Below are positions 12,301-25,506 of a stretch of DNA of 59,884 nt, one piece after another. The DNA is from Chromera velia (lineage: Eukaryota): assembly GCA_018398765.1 (NCBI GenBank), contig JAHBMJ010000023.1:1-59884 (forward strand), in the 5' to 3' direction. Within the stretch, counting starts at the first letter, position 1, and every line of letters starts with the position of its first letter. The position numbers were made by a program, and so were the translations under genes. The notes beneath the pieces are model-generated. The model did no database searches and was not told the DNA's origin. It saw nothing but the letters and a program-made list of their open reading frames with translations.

Positions 12301-15300
12301 CTGTGGATTTCTTTTCTTTTCTTGCTTCTGCATTCATTTTGGGAGGGAAAGGGGGGGCAGAGAGAAGGCAATGCAGCAACAGAGAAGGGATCGATGCATG
12401 GATGGAGAAAGAGGAAAGGGTTGGACGCGAAGAGATAAATGAGAAAACACTAGAGACAGACAGGCATGCGAACAGATGGACGGACGGACTGATAGGAGGT
12501 AGGAAGGAAAAAAGGGGCAGCAGGCGTACCTGTGCGCGCCCGCATGCGTGTGCCTGCTGGGCATCACCTGCACTGGTTGTTGGTCCATTTCTTCGTTCTT
12601 TTGTAGCTATATTCAATATGCATGGAGAGACAAAGAGTTTTTCTTCTGATACAGGTGCTTAGAGCCATGTACTGCTCTCTTCGACCCTCTTATTTTCTTT
12701 CGGTGGTGTCCGTCTCTCCTCTTCCTCTTGTTTTGTTGAGAGCAGCCGGAGAACCTTCTGGTTGCTTGACGCACGCAAATTTTGATGCCTGTCAATTGTT
12801 GTGCCTGTCCTTTTCCTCTTGTTTTGTTGAGAGCAGCCGGAGAACCTTCTGGTAGCTTGACGCACGCAAATTTTGATGCCTGTCAATTGTTGTGCCTGTC
12901 CTTTTCCTCTTGTTTTGTTGAGAGCAGCCGGAGAACCTTCTGGTTGCTGCGGGAGACATCGTAAAGGTGTGCGACTTCGGCTGGGCTACCCAGATTTGTG
13001 GGAAGAGGAAGAAGCGGACGTTCTGCGGGACCCTAGACTACCTCTCTCCTGAGATGCTCAGGGGGGAGGGGCACGACCACACGTCCGATTTGTGGCAGGT
13101 CCGTGGCTGGCTCCACTTTTTAGTTAGGGCTGTGGGAAGGCATGTCGTCTGTGCTTTTCTCGCTCATGTCGGCCTTCTTGTGGGTAATTTCAAATCTTGC
13201 AAACCAGGCAGGTCTGAAGGGAATGTGGATCTGTGCATGCATGCGTTCATACAGAGAAAAAAAAGAATTCTGTATGAAAATAAACGCATGGGGGTCTGAA
13301 GGGAATGTCTGTCCGATTTTGGATCTATCTGGTCTGTAGCCCGTCGGCTGCATGCATGGCTTTCTTTCTTTCTTTCCTTGATTCTCTCTCCACTTAATTG
13401 TCTGTCCCCTAGCTCGGTTAGTTCCGTTTTTGCATGTGTACTTGCATGCATGCAGATGGGAGTGCTCTTGTTTGAGTTTCTGGACGGCAAGCCGGCCTTC
13501 CAGTCCACCTCCCACTCAAATTTGTTCAACAAAATCCTGTCCAACCAACTGGCGTTCCCGAAGGTCTGTCTGCCTGCTTTAGTTAGTTATGGGGGTCTGT
13601 CAAGAAGTAGAAAGAGAGGGGTTGGGGGGTTCTTCGTTCTTTCCATCTGCCCTTGATTTTCTCTTCCTGTGTCTCTCTTCCTCTTGCTCTCGCTGCTCTC
13701 TCTCCCTCTCTCTGTGCAGATGTGCGTGCACTGCCTGCTAGATGACGGCTGGATGCCCCCCCCCCTTCCCCCCTGCCCCCCTGCAGCACTTCTCTGAGGA
13801 GGCCAGAGACCTCATCAGTCGTTTGTTGAAGGAAAGACCTGCGGAGAGAATTTCTGTGGAGGGTCAGTTGGGGAAGGTGGGGAGACAAGCGGATAAAAAA
13901 ATGGAGGGGGAGACTGAAGCAAGAAAGAAAGGCATAAAGATAGACAGACAAATGTGAAGCGTAGAAGACAGAGAGAGGCAGAAGGTCAGGAGTGCTGATG
14001 AAAGAGGTCAACAGACAGACAGGCAGGCAGGCCTAGAAGGGAGCAAGCGATGAGTGAGCTCATGAGTGATTGAACGTAGGAAGCTTCAAAAGCAGTGGCA
14101 CGCCAACGGAATTGTACCGGGGATGTGGATGTCGCTTTATTTCGTTGCTAACGAGCAGAAAAAGGGGACGTGCGATTTCGTCCAAGCCTTTTTCGGTCTT
14201 TTGCTCGATCCGTCACTGCTCCCCGCTCCATTTGAATTTTTTTTCTAGAGTCCTTTGATATTTCGTGGCCGTCCCAGTCTGCACTCTGACCAATGTCCCT
14301 CCCGTGCTTTGTTGTTTGGACAGAAATCGTGACCCACCCCTGGGTGCTGAAATTCAAGGACTCTGTGCGGCTTCCTGAGGGGACTCGAAGGTCTCTCTTT
14401 GGACTCGACAGCGAAGAGAAGGAGACGGGAGAGGGGAAGGTGAAGGGAGAGCAGGAGCAGGAGGAGGGTGCGTGGGTGTGTGAAGAGGAGGACGAGGAGA
14501 CTGGATTTGTGATTGTTGAAGGGAGGGGGGCGAGGGAGGGCACTGGAAGCGGCAAGGTGGAAAGCAGCCAGCAGGTCTGTTCCTGCCGTTCCTTTGTTGT
14601 TCGTCCTGGTGAAGCTTCCTTCGCGTCCTCCATGCAGGAGGTGGTCGTGTTTGATCTGCATTTTCTTTCATACAGATACATATATACATACATACATACA
14701 TATACATATAAAAAGAATTCTGTATGAAAGAAAATGCATGCACTGGTGAAGGAAGCTTCCTTCGCGTCCTCCCATGAGGTCGTGTTTGATCTGAATGGAG
14801 GCAGGGCACTCAATCATTGTAGACTGGAATTGAAATTGCTCATCGAGTCTTCTTTTGTTAATTGGCTTCGTCACTCAATCCTTCCTTTCCCTCCCCGCGC
14901 AGCCATGGAAGGAAGCTCTCTTCTCCTCGTCTCGTCTTGTTCTCTTTGCAAGTCCAATTTTTTGTGAGACCGTAGCTTCACTCATTCCTGCGCTCTGTCT
15001 GTTTGTGTTTCTGTCTTTTTGTTGTCTGCGCTCTTTTCCTTGGTATTGCTCTCTGAACATCTTCGTCTCCTCTCCTGACTGCAGACGGGGCCAAGCGAAT
15101 TGAAGAAAACCGAATTGATTGTAGACGGGGCCACTTCTGCGTTCTTTGGTTAGTACGTCGTCTTTCTCCTTTCTTTCTTCCTGAACAGTTCTTTGCGTTG
15201 TCCCCAATTTAATGAACACTTGGATCACCTGTCCTTCCACGCATTCTCTCTGTGTTTGACTCATAAAAAAAAATCCGAAAAAGGAGCTTTCTGAATAAAA

Positions 15301-15450
15301 ATTGCACCCAGACAGGCAGACCTGATTGTCTCTTGGGCCTCAGTTCTGCGTCCTGTCTTTCTGCTTGTGTGTGTGACCTAAACAAAAGAAGGAGAGAAGA
15401 CGAACAGTCCCCCTTTTTTTCGGTATGATTCCTTGTGGGTGTGTATGTGA

Positions 15451-15481
<31 letters not shown>

Positions 15482-18254
15482 TATGTGTGCAGACCACTCC
15501 GCCTCTTCTCTCCCAATTGCGACTGCGACAGGCGACGATTCTGCCGATGTCCCTCTGAAGGTGCCGCCCAACGTTCCATTCGTCTCCCGGCCTCCCTGTC
15601 TACACCCACAGACAGGCCACTCGCACGGAGTAGGACTGGGGTACGGGCACACTCTGCGTCGATCCAAAACGTCGGAGCCCCGGCCTGTCTACGACGACCC
15701 GGCCCTGAGTCCGGGTAGACGAAAGCCCGCAGGAGCGAGCACGCATAGAGCGGGGCGAGTGCCATCCCAGGACCCCCCATCACTGGTTACCCCCCCCATC
15801 CAGGGTTTGGGCAGTCAAAGGGGAGACACGAGTCATCGCACACACAGCGCTCCCGTGCATGCAAAGGACAGCTTCCTCGCAAAGGAGGAGAATTCAGCGA
15901 GGTCGGTTAGAAGGGTAGGGCAGAACAAGGAAGGTGCATGTCTTTTGTCCCTTCGAAAAGTTTGATTGATGCTTTCTAGCTTTCTGCTTTGTCAGATGCA
16001 CCTTGCTTGTCCTCTTCCCATCCTGTGCGTGCAATGTTAGAGGCATGTGTCCTCCTTTTCCTAAATTGTTTTCTTCAACAGGAATTAAGGCACACGGAAT
16101 GCATTGGATTGTTTGTGTCCCCTCTTCCTTCCTTCCTTTTGTTGCAGCAATCTGCCCGTGATGTGCGAGGCCGAGAGGGAGAGAGGCCTGAGGAGACTTC
16201 CTGGAGAAACCCCGGGGGAGACTTCAGAGGCTCCCTCAGGCTCCTCAGGCAGGTACACCCCTTCGTCCTTCGACCCCCACCCGAACGGCAAAATCAACAA
16301 CCTCAACCCGGTACTCCCTCATCCTCCCTTGCAAGGACCGAGCGTTGCTGCAGCACATAAAGTCCTCTCCCTCCAGCAGGAGCAGAAGCAGCAGGCCTTT
16401 GCCCCCTACGGTCCTGGGAGTGGCGGGAGTCCTGTGCCTCCTTCTGGTTCTCTCCTCGCGCGCTCCTCTATGGAAGCACGGCAACACATGAATTTGCACC
16501 CAAACATGCACCCGCAACTGCTTCACTACCAGCACCAGTCGCATGCCCCCTTTGCGACCAACCCGACCCCTCCACTCACACACCGCCAGGGAGCACACCA
16601 CCAAGCTTACTCAATGGCGCGCCACCCGCATCAGCACGCAGGTCCCTCGCCCCTTCCCTCTGTTGCCTCTCCCTTCATGCCAGCCATGAGTCCCCAATTT
16701 GCCCTTCCATCACCCCACCACCCACTGTCTCCGCACGCACAGTCCCTTGTCGCCCAACCTGCAGGCATCCCCCCTTCCGTGCACCCACATGCTCACGCCC
16801 CCCATGCACTGCATCAACACGCAGGAATCCCAAAAGGCCCTTTCTATGCCCCCCCTGCCCACCACCACCCGCAGCAACAGCCGATTCGCAACACAGACCC
16901 AGCAGCAGAGCCTGCCACCACCCAGTCAGCTGTCCAGACGCCGGCTGAGTCACGGTCAAAGCTTTCCTCTGTTAGAGGAGGGTCGGCAGCTGTGGGAACG
17001 CTCAAGAGGGCCCCGGCAGCTGTGGGAACGCTCAAGAGGGCCCCGGCAAGCGCAACCGAAAAGGAAAAGAAGGAAACGCGAGTCCCCATTACCACTTCCA
17101 CCCGACGCAAACCGTCGGCACCAAAGCCCCTCAATCAGCCGGCAGCTTCGAGGCTTTCAGATCGAAAGGCAGCAGGGGGAACGGGCACAAAGCCAGTATC
17201 CCCCCCCCACCCTGACGTTAGTAAAAGCCCCACGGCGGAAAAGAGGCGCGCAGCGAGAGGTGGGGGGATTCCCTCCCAGTCCCCTCCCAGCCCTAAATCC
17301 CCCACCTCACGTTCCCGGGGAGCGACAGTGACCTCTCCTCCCCCTACTTCTTCGAATAAAGTAGGAGGAGCAAGCGCAGCGCTGGCACGAAAAGAGAAGG
17401 AAAGGGCTGTGGCTGCAGCGGGGACGTCAAAGACGAGAGGGGCGAATGTTTTTCCGCAAAAGACCAAGCCAAAGGGCAGAAACACGCCAGGAGTCGCGCA
17501 GGCCCCCCAGAGGCCTGCCGTTCCCTCTGTCGAGAAGGAAACCCGACAACACCACCGACACCAGCAGACCCCCATCATTCCTCACGGACGTACAGGGACG
17601 CCTCTGCGTGACCCCCACCCGAACAGCAAAATCAACCTGGTACTCCCTTATCCTCCCTTGCAAGGACCCAGCATTGCTGCAGCACATAAAGTCCTCTCCC
17701 TCCAGCAGGAGCAGAAGCAGAAGCAGCAAGCCTCTGCCCCCTATGGTCCTGGGAGTGGCGGGAGTCCTGTGCCTCCTTCTGGTTCGCTCCTCGCGCACTC
17801 CTCTATGGAAGCACGGCAACACATGAATTTGCACCCAAACATGCACCCGCCACTGCTTCACTACCAGCACCAGCCGCCTGCCCCCTTTGCGACCAACCCG
17901 ACCCCTCCACTCACACACCGCCAGGGAGCACACCACCAAGCTCACTCAATGGCGCGCCACCCGCATCAGCACGCAGGTCCCTCGCCCCACCGCGGTGCAG
18001 GCATGCACCAACGCGTGTTGGCAGGTGCTTCGGGTGCGAGGGCGGGCGGGGCTGGGGGGGGAAGGGTTGGGGTGGGAGGCGGGGGGATGAAGCCAGCGAA
18101 GAACGCCCTGCCTGTACCTCCACATCAGGCTCCTGTCTTCCGCGCCCAGTCGCCTGCGCATCATGCTGTGCGTGGCGGGGCGACGTCTCCCTCCTCCTCT
18201 GCCGCTGTCGGGGGCATTGCCTGGCCGAGGGGCGCTTTTGGGAGGGGTCGGTGA
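9385..18254 (+). CDS. Aurora-family Ser/Thr protein kinase with long disordered Pro/His/Gln-rich C-terminus (~1340 aa, spliced)
   Basis: Manual GT-AG exons: 9385-9852, 10178-10264, 10558-10674, 11096-11134, 11659-11736, 12114-12170, 12928-13098, 13456-13563, 13787-13862, 14324-14574, 15085-15148, 15493-15901 (tentative), 16148-18254. Total 4032 nt, in frame. Motifs: GKGSFGVV, FAMK, HENLLGL, HRDIKPENLL, DFGW, RTFCGTLDYLSPEM, DLWQMGVLLFEFLDGKPAF, HPW. DFGW and RxTFCGTLDYL are Aurora hallmarks. Kinase exons are firm; start codon and post-kinase exons are less so. Confidence 0.9.
12722..12948 (+). repeat. 91-bp tandem triplication spanning the splice acceptor of the kinase PENLL exon
   Basis: 'ttttgttgagagcag|ccggagaaccttctggt' recurs with exon-start positions 12746, 12837, 12928. 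Confidence 0.95.
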
Positions 18255-18261
18255 CAAGGCG

Positions 18262-18560
18262 GCATCCTGGATCTTTGAGGGGGGGGATCTGTCTAAACTG
18301 TGAAAGCAAGAATTGAGTCGGCAGAAAGGGCACTTTGGAACTCTTTCTTCAATCGGTTTTGTTTCTTCTTTTTCCCGAATTCAACTGTTCAAAGCTCTTT
18401 GGGTGCCCATTGCAATGTTTGGTCTTGAAGCCCTCCCTCTCAGGCAGTCAGGTGTCCAATGTGTCGATGCATTGCAACTCCGTTTTGTTCGCTGGTCATT
18501 TGGATTGTCCCATAACTCTTTTGTTTCTCCCTCTCTTCACTCTTTTGTTTTCCCCTGTTC
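18262..18560 (+). mobile_element. Diverged LINE family-B-related fragment immediately after the kinase stop codon
   Basis: IQLFKALWVPIAMFGLEALPLRQSGVQCVDALQLRFVRWSFGLS parallels LECFPLRDADLLAIDTLQLRFACWSGRLS of the family-B copies. Confidence 0.65.
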
Positions 18561-19034
18561 ATTCATTCCCCCATTCCTGCTGCTGCCCGTACAATCTGTC
18601 ACCCTGGAGAGGCCCACTATTTCTCTTTCTTCTTCATCTCCCGCCGGTTCAACCTTCCTCTCCCAAGTCAGTCCTTCTGGGACTGCCCTCCCTATGTGAC
18701 CGTTGAAATCTCCCGCAACAATTCGGAGGTTCCCGAGGGGGACAGCATCTGCAGACTGTCAGCATCAATCATCCCTTCTCTCTCTGTCCGCATCCCGAAG
18801 CTGCCTGCCTGTCTCTGTGCTGCATGTCGGACTGAGGCTGTAAGAGATACATGCCAAAGATATGTAGGGTTCGGATGGAGGTGTCGTTGTTCCCCCCTCC
18901 TGCCCCCCGAAAGGATACCTTCACAGACATGCGGGCCATGCTTGGGCCAACGAGGGTCCAAGAAGGTTTCAAGTCACTGACGAGTGCCTTTCGGATCAAA
19001 ATGCATACCCACCCAGTGTTGATTTTACATATAC

Positions 19035-19073
<39 letters not shown>

Positions 19074-21769
19074 TGGGCAAGACTTTACACTATCATTTAA
19101 TTTAGCTAGCTAGGATTTTTGAGAATTTTATGGGACTTTAACTAAAAATTTAGCAGACACTTATAATTGATGGAAAAGCTGTAATAAGGCTATGCCGGAC
19201 TATTTTCCTTTCGGAGAACCCGGGTGGGGCCCCGGGTCCGAGCAGCAGAAGCTCTAACTCCTGCAGTTCCAGGATGGGAGAGCGACTTCGAACCGAAAAA
19301 TAGAAAAAAATCGTGCAGAAATGTGAAGGGTACCGTTCGATTCGTCAGAGTTCACACATCATTTTGGCAAAGTTTCAAAGGACGAAGTTTCCTGTACCGC
19401 GCGGTATGAAACCACAAAGTTTGTCGGAACTCGTGGGGGCCACGGCATGCTGCGCGCGGCCCAATGCTACAAAAATACGGACACGTGCTGGACCTTCTCA
19501 CACCGTACAATGCCACCCTTCGTGCTGTGGCCCCCGGATTTCCAAAGCAATTCCAAGCCAATCCGAGAGCATTTCTGCAAGAACTATGAAACACTCAGCC
19601 AACAGATCAGGAAGCTGCATTTCTACTACGTCTGCGTTAAAGGCTAAGTCACATGTTGGGTTGTCGCAGCGCGGCACGACTTATTTTTACGTCTTCTTTC
19701 CTTTTTCTCTTGTCTTGCGTCCGTGTTCCTCCTCACCGTCGGGTAAGCCCCTCCATCAGGCAGGCAGGGGACGTCTTCCTTTCCATTGCCTAGTAAGAGT
19801 CCCTGGGCAACCGTCCGTGTACCCAACATACGACAGCTGCCGGTAAGTCGGGGATTTTACGGGCGTCCACGGGGAAAGATTGTCGCCCTGTCTTCCAACT
19901 CCCATTTTTGTCTCCCACCACCACGGCAGGGGACTGTATTCTCTGCGTCCTGAAAATGAATGTAGATCGCTTCCCAGGCGGGGGGGNNNNNNNNNNNNNN
20001 GGGGGGGGGGGGGGGCAGTGACTCCCCCCGCTTCCATGTACAAAGGCACACCGCAGGAGGGTGCACAGCTGGAAACCATGCATGCAAGTCGTCTCGCTGT
20101 TTGCGTTCGCCTGTGCAGGCAGGACTCCTTCTCGCAATTCTCCGAAGTGTCTTCCTTAGTTCTCCTCCATCCTAAACTGACTGTACTGACAATTAAAACT
20201 TTTATACTAGAAAGTGACTTTTAATTTTCTATATATCACACTAAATTTTATATGCACTTAGAATGATTCTATTTATTGTTTCTTACTTGCATGAAAGTAT
20301 GAACAACTTTTAAAGATAAGGTTTAATGGGTTTATGGTGTGTATGTTGGAAATTGTTGGACGTGAGTGAGGTGAAAGAGTTATAGTATGTTGATATGTCA
20401 GAGAGTGATTGCAGACTCTGCAGGCATCTGACAATGCGCAGTGTAATGCACAAACAAGCTAACTTTTACTTTTAATAGAATACGCCGAATCTGCATACTG
20501 ATGTAAGGAGGGAGCACACAGCGGATAACCCCTATGAAAGGTAAGAATGAATGTCCATAAACAGATCTGCCGATTTCACACCCACAGAAAACAGTTCAAC
20601 CAAACAAATGTTGAGCACTATGACCGTACAAGAGGTAAATGCTTAGCTTCTGAAAGCCTGATCGATCCATGGCCTCTAGCCAGAGGGCCTTGCCCACGAC
20701 CAGCCATCATAGCGTTCTTGTTTTTTCTAGGTGAGGCCCGGCACTGACCACTGGGTCTTAGTCCACCCAGGAGCCCTACCTCCAAATTCTTGTGCAAACA
20801 AGAGCTGCGCCTCACTCCCACAACTTCAGATCACCCGAGATTACCAGCCATAATGCTTTCTCACAAAACCCAAGCACCGACAAACGGTCCTCCGAGAAAG
20901 GCTCAGTCTGACCTGCAGCACAGATATACAAAAATTTGTAAAGTGGCTCACTTTCTGGCCCTCCAGAGCTGGCTCCCTCATCCAGAAAGCCTTTCCAGCT
21001 CCTTATCTAGAGCTTGTTAGAGCGTACGCATGGAAGGGATTCAATAGAAGCTTTACTGGGGCAACTTCGTAGGCCTCTTTGCGTGGAGACGGGCCGTGCC
21101 CTTCGTGATGGAAGATCGAAATTGCCCTCTCAGGACAACCAGTAGAGTGAATGTCATAAACCCAAGAAAAAGCAAAGACGTCAATCCTCTGAACTTTCGA
21201 TAAAGCCTACTTTCATTGCTGGAGAGCAAGTCTATGTGATGGGAGAGAGGCGGCACTAGGTCGTGCTTTGATCGACTTGAAACATTCGACGGAAAGCCGA
21301 TTTTGGGAGCCGATTTTAGATCGGCCAACTATGTGACAGCCCCGAAAGGCAAGCTACGCGTTGCGGACCAGGGCCTGGCCGGCCACCAAGGCCAAAAAGC
21401 ACTTCCCGGCTGCGCGCTGACCCATCAAAATGCCGATCTGAAAAATTCTCAGCCAGGTTTTCAGAAAGTTCTCCTCCAGTCAGAAAGTCAGGTCAACAGA
21501 ATGGGCCTCTATCCACAAAATCTCGTTGTTAAACATTCCATTGGATTGTATTGGAAGGCTTGACAATGACGAAATCGTGTTCAGCTTTTTATTCCAGAAC
21601 CTTATTTTTGGAGGGGTTACAGATTCCAGAGTTTTTTCCCCCTCCGGTATCTGACAGATACCTCTGGTTGCCTCGGTGTAAAGGAGTTATACAATAACTA
21701 GAAGGGTTGCTGTACCAGTTTAGATCGCTCAATCAGGTTAGTTCGTTTTGTGTTGTTCCACCAGCAATA

Positions 21770-21995
21770 AGGGGGGGTGGATCCTCTCGCAGGGGGACGA
21801 AGCTGGCCAATTTGGAACCCCTGGTGGAGGGGGGGGGTCCGACCTGCTCTGCAGGTTTGCGTCCAAAATGTGTTTAGGAGTGTTTCCTAGACACATTTTG
21901 GACGCAAACCTACAGAGCAGGTCGGACCCCCCCCCTCCACCAGGGGTACCAAATTGGCCAGCTTCGTACCCCTGCGAGAGGGTCCACCCCACCCT
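21770..21995. mobile_element. Near-perfect palindromic MITE (arms ~110 bp)
   Basis: gggggggtggatcctctcgcagggg...caaaatgtgtttagga / tcctagacacattttg...cccctgcgagagggtccacccc; loop of a few nt. Confidence 0.85.
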
Positions 21996-22349
21996 CCCAG
22001 TCAAGGAATTAAAAAAATCTTGTTTGCAGAGATGAGCCTTCTTGGTACATGCAGAAGGCTTTGTACGATGTCTATGAATGTCCTTGTGTGGCTGCAACCT
22101 GGCCATTATGGTTTCTGAATGACTGACCGGTCTGCTCTCGGCAAAGCACAAAACTGCCGTCTCCCTTTGCATGTGTTGTTCACCCCCTGCCGTCTCCCTC
22201 TTTGCAGGTTGTGGGTCTCCTCCAGGAGATGCTTGTTTTGGCTCCCAGTCCTTTAACTCCTCCAGAGGTAGGTCTTTGCATTTTCGTTAAGGCTGCAGTC
22301 TTTAGACTGCGAAAGGGAGCAGTGCCCCTACGTGCCGAGCCTATGTTTT

Positions 22350-23090
22350 TTTCTACCTGCCTGACTGCCTCCGAAATTTCGCCCTTCTTGCCTGCTTGAC
22401 TGCCCTCTAGCTTTCGGCCTTTCTGTTTGGCTAAATGCCTTCCTAATTTCGGCCTTTCCGCCCGCCCTATTGCCTTTTTTAATTTCGGCCTTCGCCGCGC
22501 TCCCAATTTTGGTCTTCCTGCTTGCCCGATTGCCTTCTCAATTTCGGCCTTCTTGCCTGCCTGACTGCTTTTCAGAGTTTTGCATTCCTGCCATGCTGAC
22601 TGCTTTCTGATTTTGGCCTTCTTACCTGCCTGACTGCCCTCCAAATTTCAGTTTTTCTGTCTGCCTCAATGCTTTCCAAATTTCGGCCTTTCTGTCTGCC
22701 TGACTAACTTCACAATTTCGGCCTTCCTACTTGTCCGGTTGCCTTCCCAATTTCGGCTTTCCTGCCTGCCTGATTGCCTTCCCTATTTCGGCCTTCTTTC
22801 CTGCCTAAGTTTCCTCCTAACGCTTCCTAATTTCGGTTATCCTGCTTGCTCGATGGCCTTCCCAATTTTGTTCTTCCTGCTGGCCCGATTGTCTTCCCAA
22901 GTTCGGCCTTCTTGTGTGTCTGACTGCCTCCCAGAGTTCGTTCTTTCTGTCCACATGCCTGCCTTCCAATTTTGGTCTTCTTGGCGGCCTGACTGCCTTC
23001 CAATTTCAGCCTTCCTGCCCGCTTGATTGCCTTCCCGATTTCGGCCTTCCTGCCCATCCGATTGCTTTCCCAATTTCGGTCTTCCTGCTT
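22350..23090. repeat. 35-bp minisatellite array (~20 degenerate units)
   Basis: Unit ~aatttcggccttcctgcctgcctgattgccttccc, period 35. The same unit occurs in introns at 25945-26125, 26655-26815 and 29805-29968. Confidence 0.9.
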
Positions 23091-25506
23091 TCATGTATCA
23101 TTCTGAATCAGATGCAAATTAAAGATACAGGTTATGTTTGCATGTATGCTTTTATATGTATTCTGGTGATTCGACTGACTTTCTGTTTGTGTGCACGTAT
23201 TTCTGTAGGTGGCGTTTATGGGTATGCATGTTTAATATATACTGAGCTGCTCCCCCCCTCCCCCCCCCTGCCCCTGACATGCCCGCCGTTGAGCAGTGCC
23301 TCATATGAATTGAAAATAAAACAGTTATGATCATGAGAAGAAATGCTTCAATCAGATCGATTTAGAGCCATTCAGATACATTTTTTTTTATGTTTTCGTC
23401 TTAGCGTTAATTTACGATGATAGGTACCAGACAATTTATGGTTTTGAAAAAATATATACTCTATATATACATTTTTTTATTTCATTTTTTAAACATCTTA
23501 CTAAGCTTAAATAGTCTTAAATAAATTATGAAAATCAATTAGTTTAAAGGTTAAACTATCTATTTTAATGTTTTATAAACTAAAATTTTTAAAGTCACTT
23601 TCTAGTACAAAAGTTTCAATTGTCAGTACAATCAGTTCCCACCCCCCTTTTCAACTGCCCCCAACACGTCTCTCCTCTCCTCTCTTGCTCAACTCTCATC
23701 TCTTCGGCCGCTCTGCGCTTCCCTTCACCCTCTTCCCTCTCTTTCTTTCCTCCCCTCTTCACCTATCATTTGCGTGATTAAAAGCAACTCCTCTACCATT
23801 TGTGTGATTGAAAGTATGCGTAATCTTGATATATTTATTCATTTTTCGTCGATCCTAAATAAATGAATTGTATGCATGTGCATGCACATCATCAGTAAAA
23901 TAACTCATTTGTGCTTCCAATAATTATTATTAAAAATTGATAATCATTATTATTTTTTGATAATCATTATTCAGTTTTTTCATAAGTGATAAGTGATTTA
24001 GTGCATGGTGCCCTAGAGCACTGTCGTCGTTTTGTCTTATAGAGGTCGCCCCCACAAACGGCAGGAGGGTGTACCTCATCGCTGAGGCTCAGACCATACC
24101 CGGTGGCCCATCTAGTTTCCTAGGCCACTAACAAATAACAATCTGTCTGCGCTTTGCATACTGTGGTCAATGGGCTGCTTAGAAGGGACTGTTTCAAAAA
24201 TCGATCCAATGACACAAGATGAAAGGACACTTTCAAATTAGCTTTATGCACGTCGCCCTCTTTCTATTCTTCTCTCAGCGATTTTTCCTTCTCCCTCCCT
24301 CAGCTGCTGTGTACCTGCTTCTATCGCCTCCAAGATGGTTTTGTATTCTTCTTTTCTTCTTTCTGTTCCTCATTTTCTTTTAGTGATCACTCTGTGCCTC
24401 TGTGCCAACACTGTTTCATCCAATGAGCTTCCCGGTACGTACCTTCCTGGGGTTTCCTTGAACACTCTTCTTTTGAACGCCGCCCTCCCCAGAAACTCAT
24501 CTACCACACTATGCCCTTCGTTTATCAAGAATTTGAACAGAGCCTCAGTCTGCAGTATAGCTTCTTCTTTATCCTTCTCTTTTCTCTTTGCAAACTTCTT
24601 TTACCCTCTTTTCTCTTCCCCTGTTCTAGTCTGCTCCTAATACTCTATATATGTCCGCTCTCTCTCTATCATAAATGATCATGAATTGGACATAATCGAA
24701 CACTCCATCAGCATATGGATCTCATCCTCCAACACCTCTGTTTCTATCCATCCTTTGCAAAAAGGGCAAAGTCTCTCCTCCAACGGCACTCTCTGCCCTC
24801 TTTTTTCTGGCACTTTCCCCTTTGTTCCTGCTAACGTCCTGTCTCCCACTCTACACGCTGCTCTCCTTCTGTGCTCTCCTCTTGGTGCTACCTTTCAATA
24901 ACAGAAGGGCACCCGTCCCAGTTTTTCTTTCTCTATTTTCATTCCTTCTCTTGGTCTCTCTTCTGATGTTTTCTCAAATAAAGTGAGCTGCAGTCTGTTT
25001 CCATTTGCTTTTGTTCTGTATATACGCATGTGCTATATTGACGTTTCTGTTTTTTCTCTCTTTCTTCTATCTCTAGCTCTCTTTCACTCCCCTTTCAATT
25101 CTCCACCTGAAGCACGACGGTCGGGGCCGCCTATACATGTACCTTGGGTCGCGCGCGGCCGGTCTCTGGGGGCCGCGCATTTTGCGACCCCGGTCAAAAA
25201 AAAAACGTACCCTGTCTCTCATGAATTTTTTGAATGAGGGTTCGTGGATGCAAATTTTGATGCTGGTTGATGTTCAATTTATCCATACCCGGGTACCTGT
25301 TGTGTACCCTGTTTTTGTGTACCCGAGTACCCAGGGGCGCACCCATGCACCTGGTACAGACTTGTCTTATAGGTTGATCGTTCAATATCGATCGATAACT
25401 TCTCTCCTTGTCAGTGCGCATTGATTGACTGATCGATCGATTGATTTAATTCTGCCTTCTTGTTTAAGTGTCTTAACAGCTGGATAGCCCTGGCAGCTAG
25501 GCAGCC

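Larger units (their letters stand above)
20175..23637. mobile_element. ~3.5-kb degenerate TIR DNA transposon, unclassified
   Basis: ~50-bp inverted repeats: aactgactgtactgacaattaaaacttttatactagaaagtgacttt (20175-) and its reverse complement ending 23637. Subtermini are AT-rich. No clear TSD or intact ORF. Confidence 0.7.

Noticed and set aside
18695..19028. Solo LTR (TG...CA)
   Set aside because: No matching TSD and no second copy in the window.
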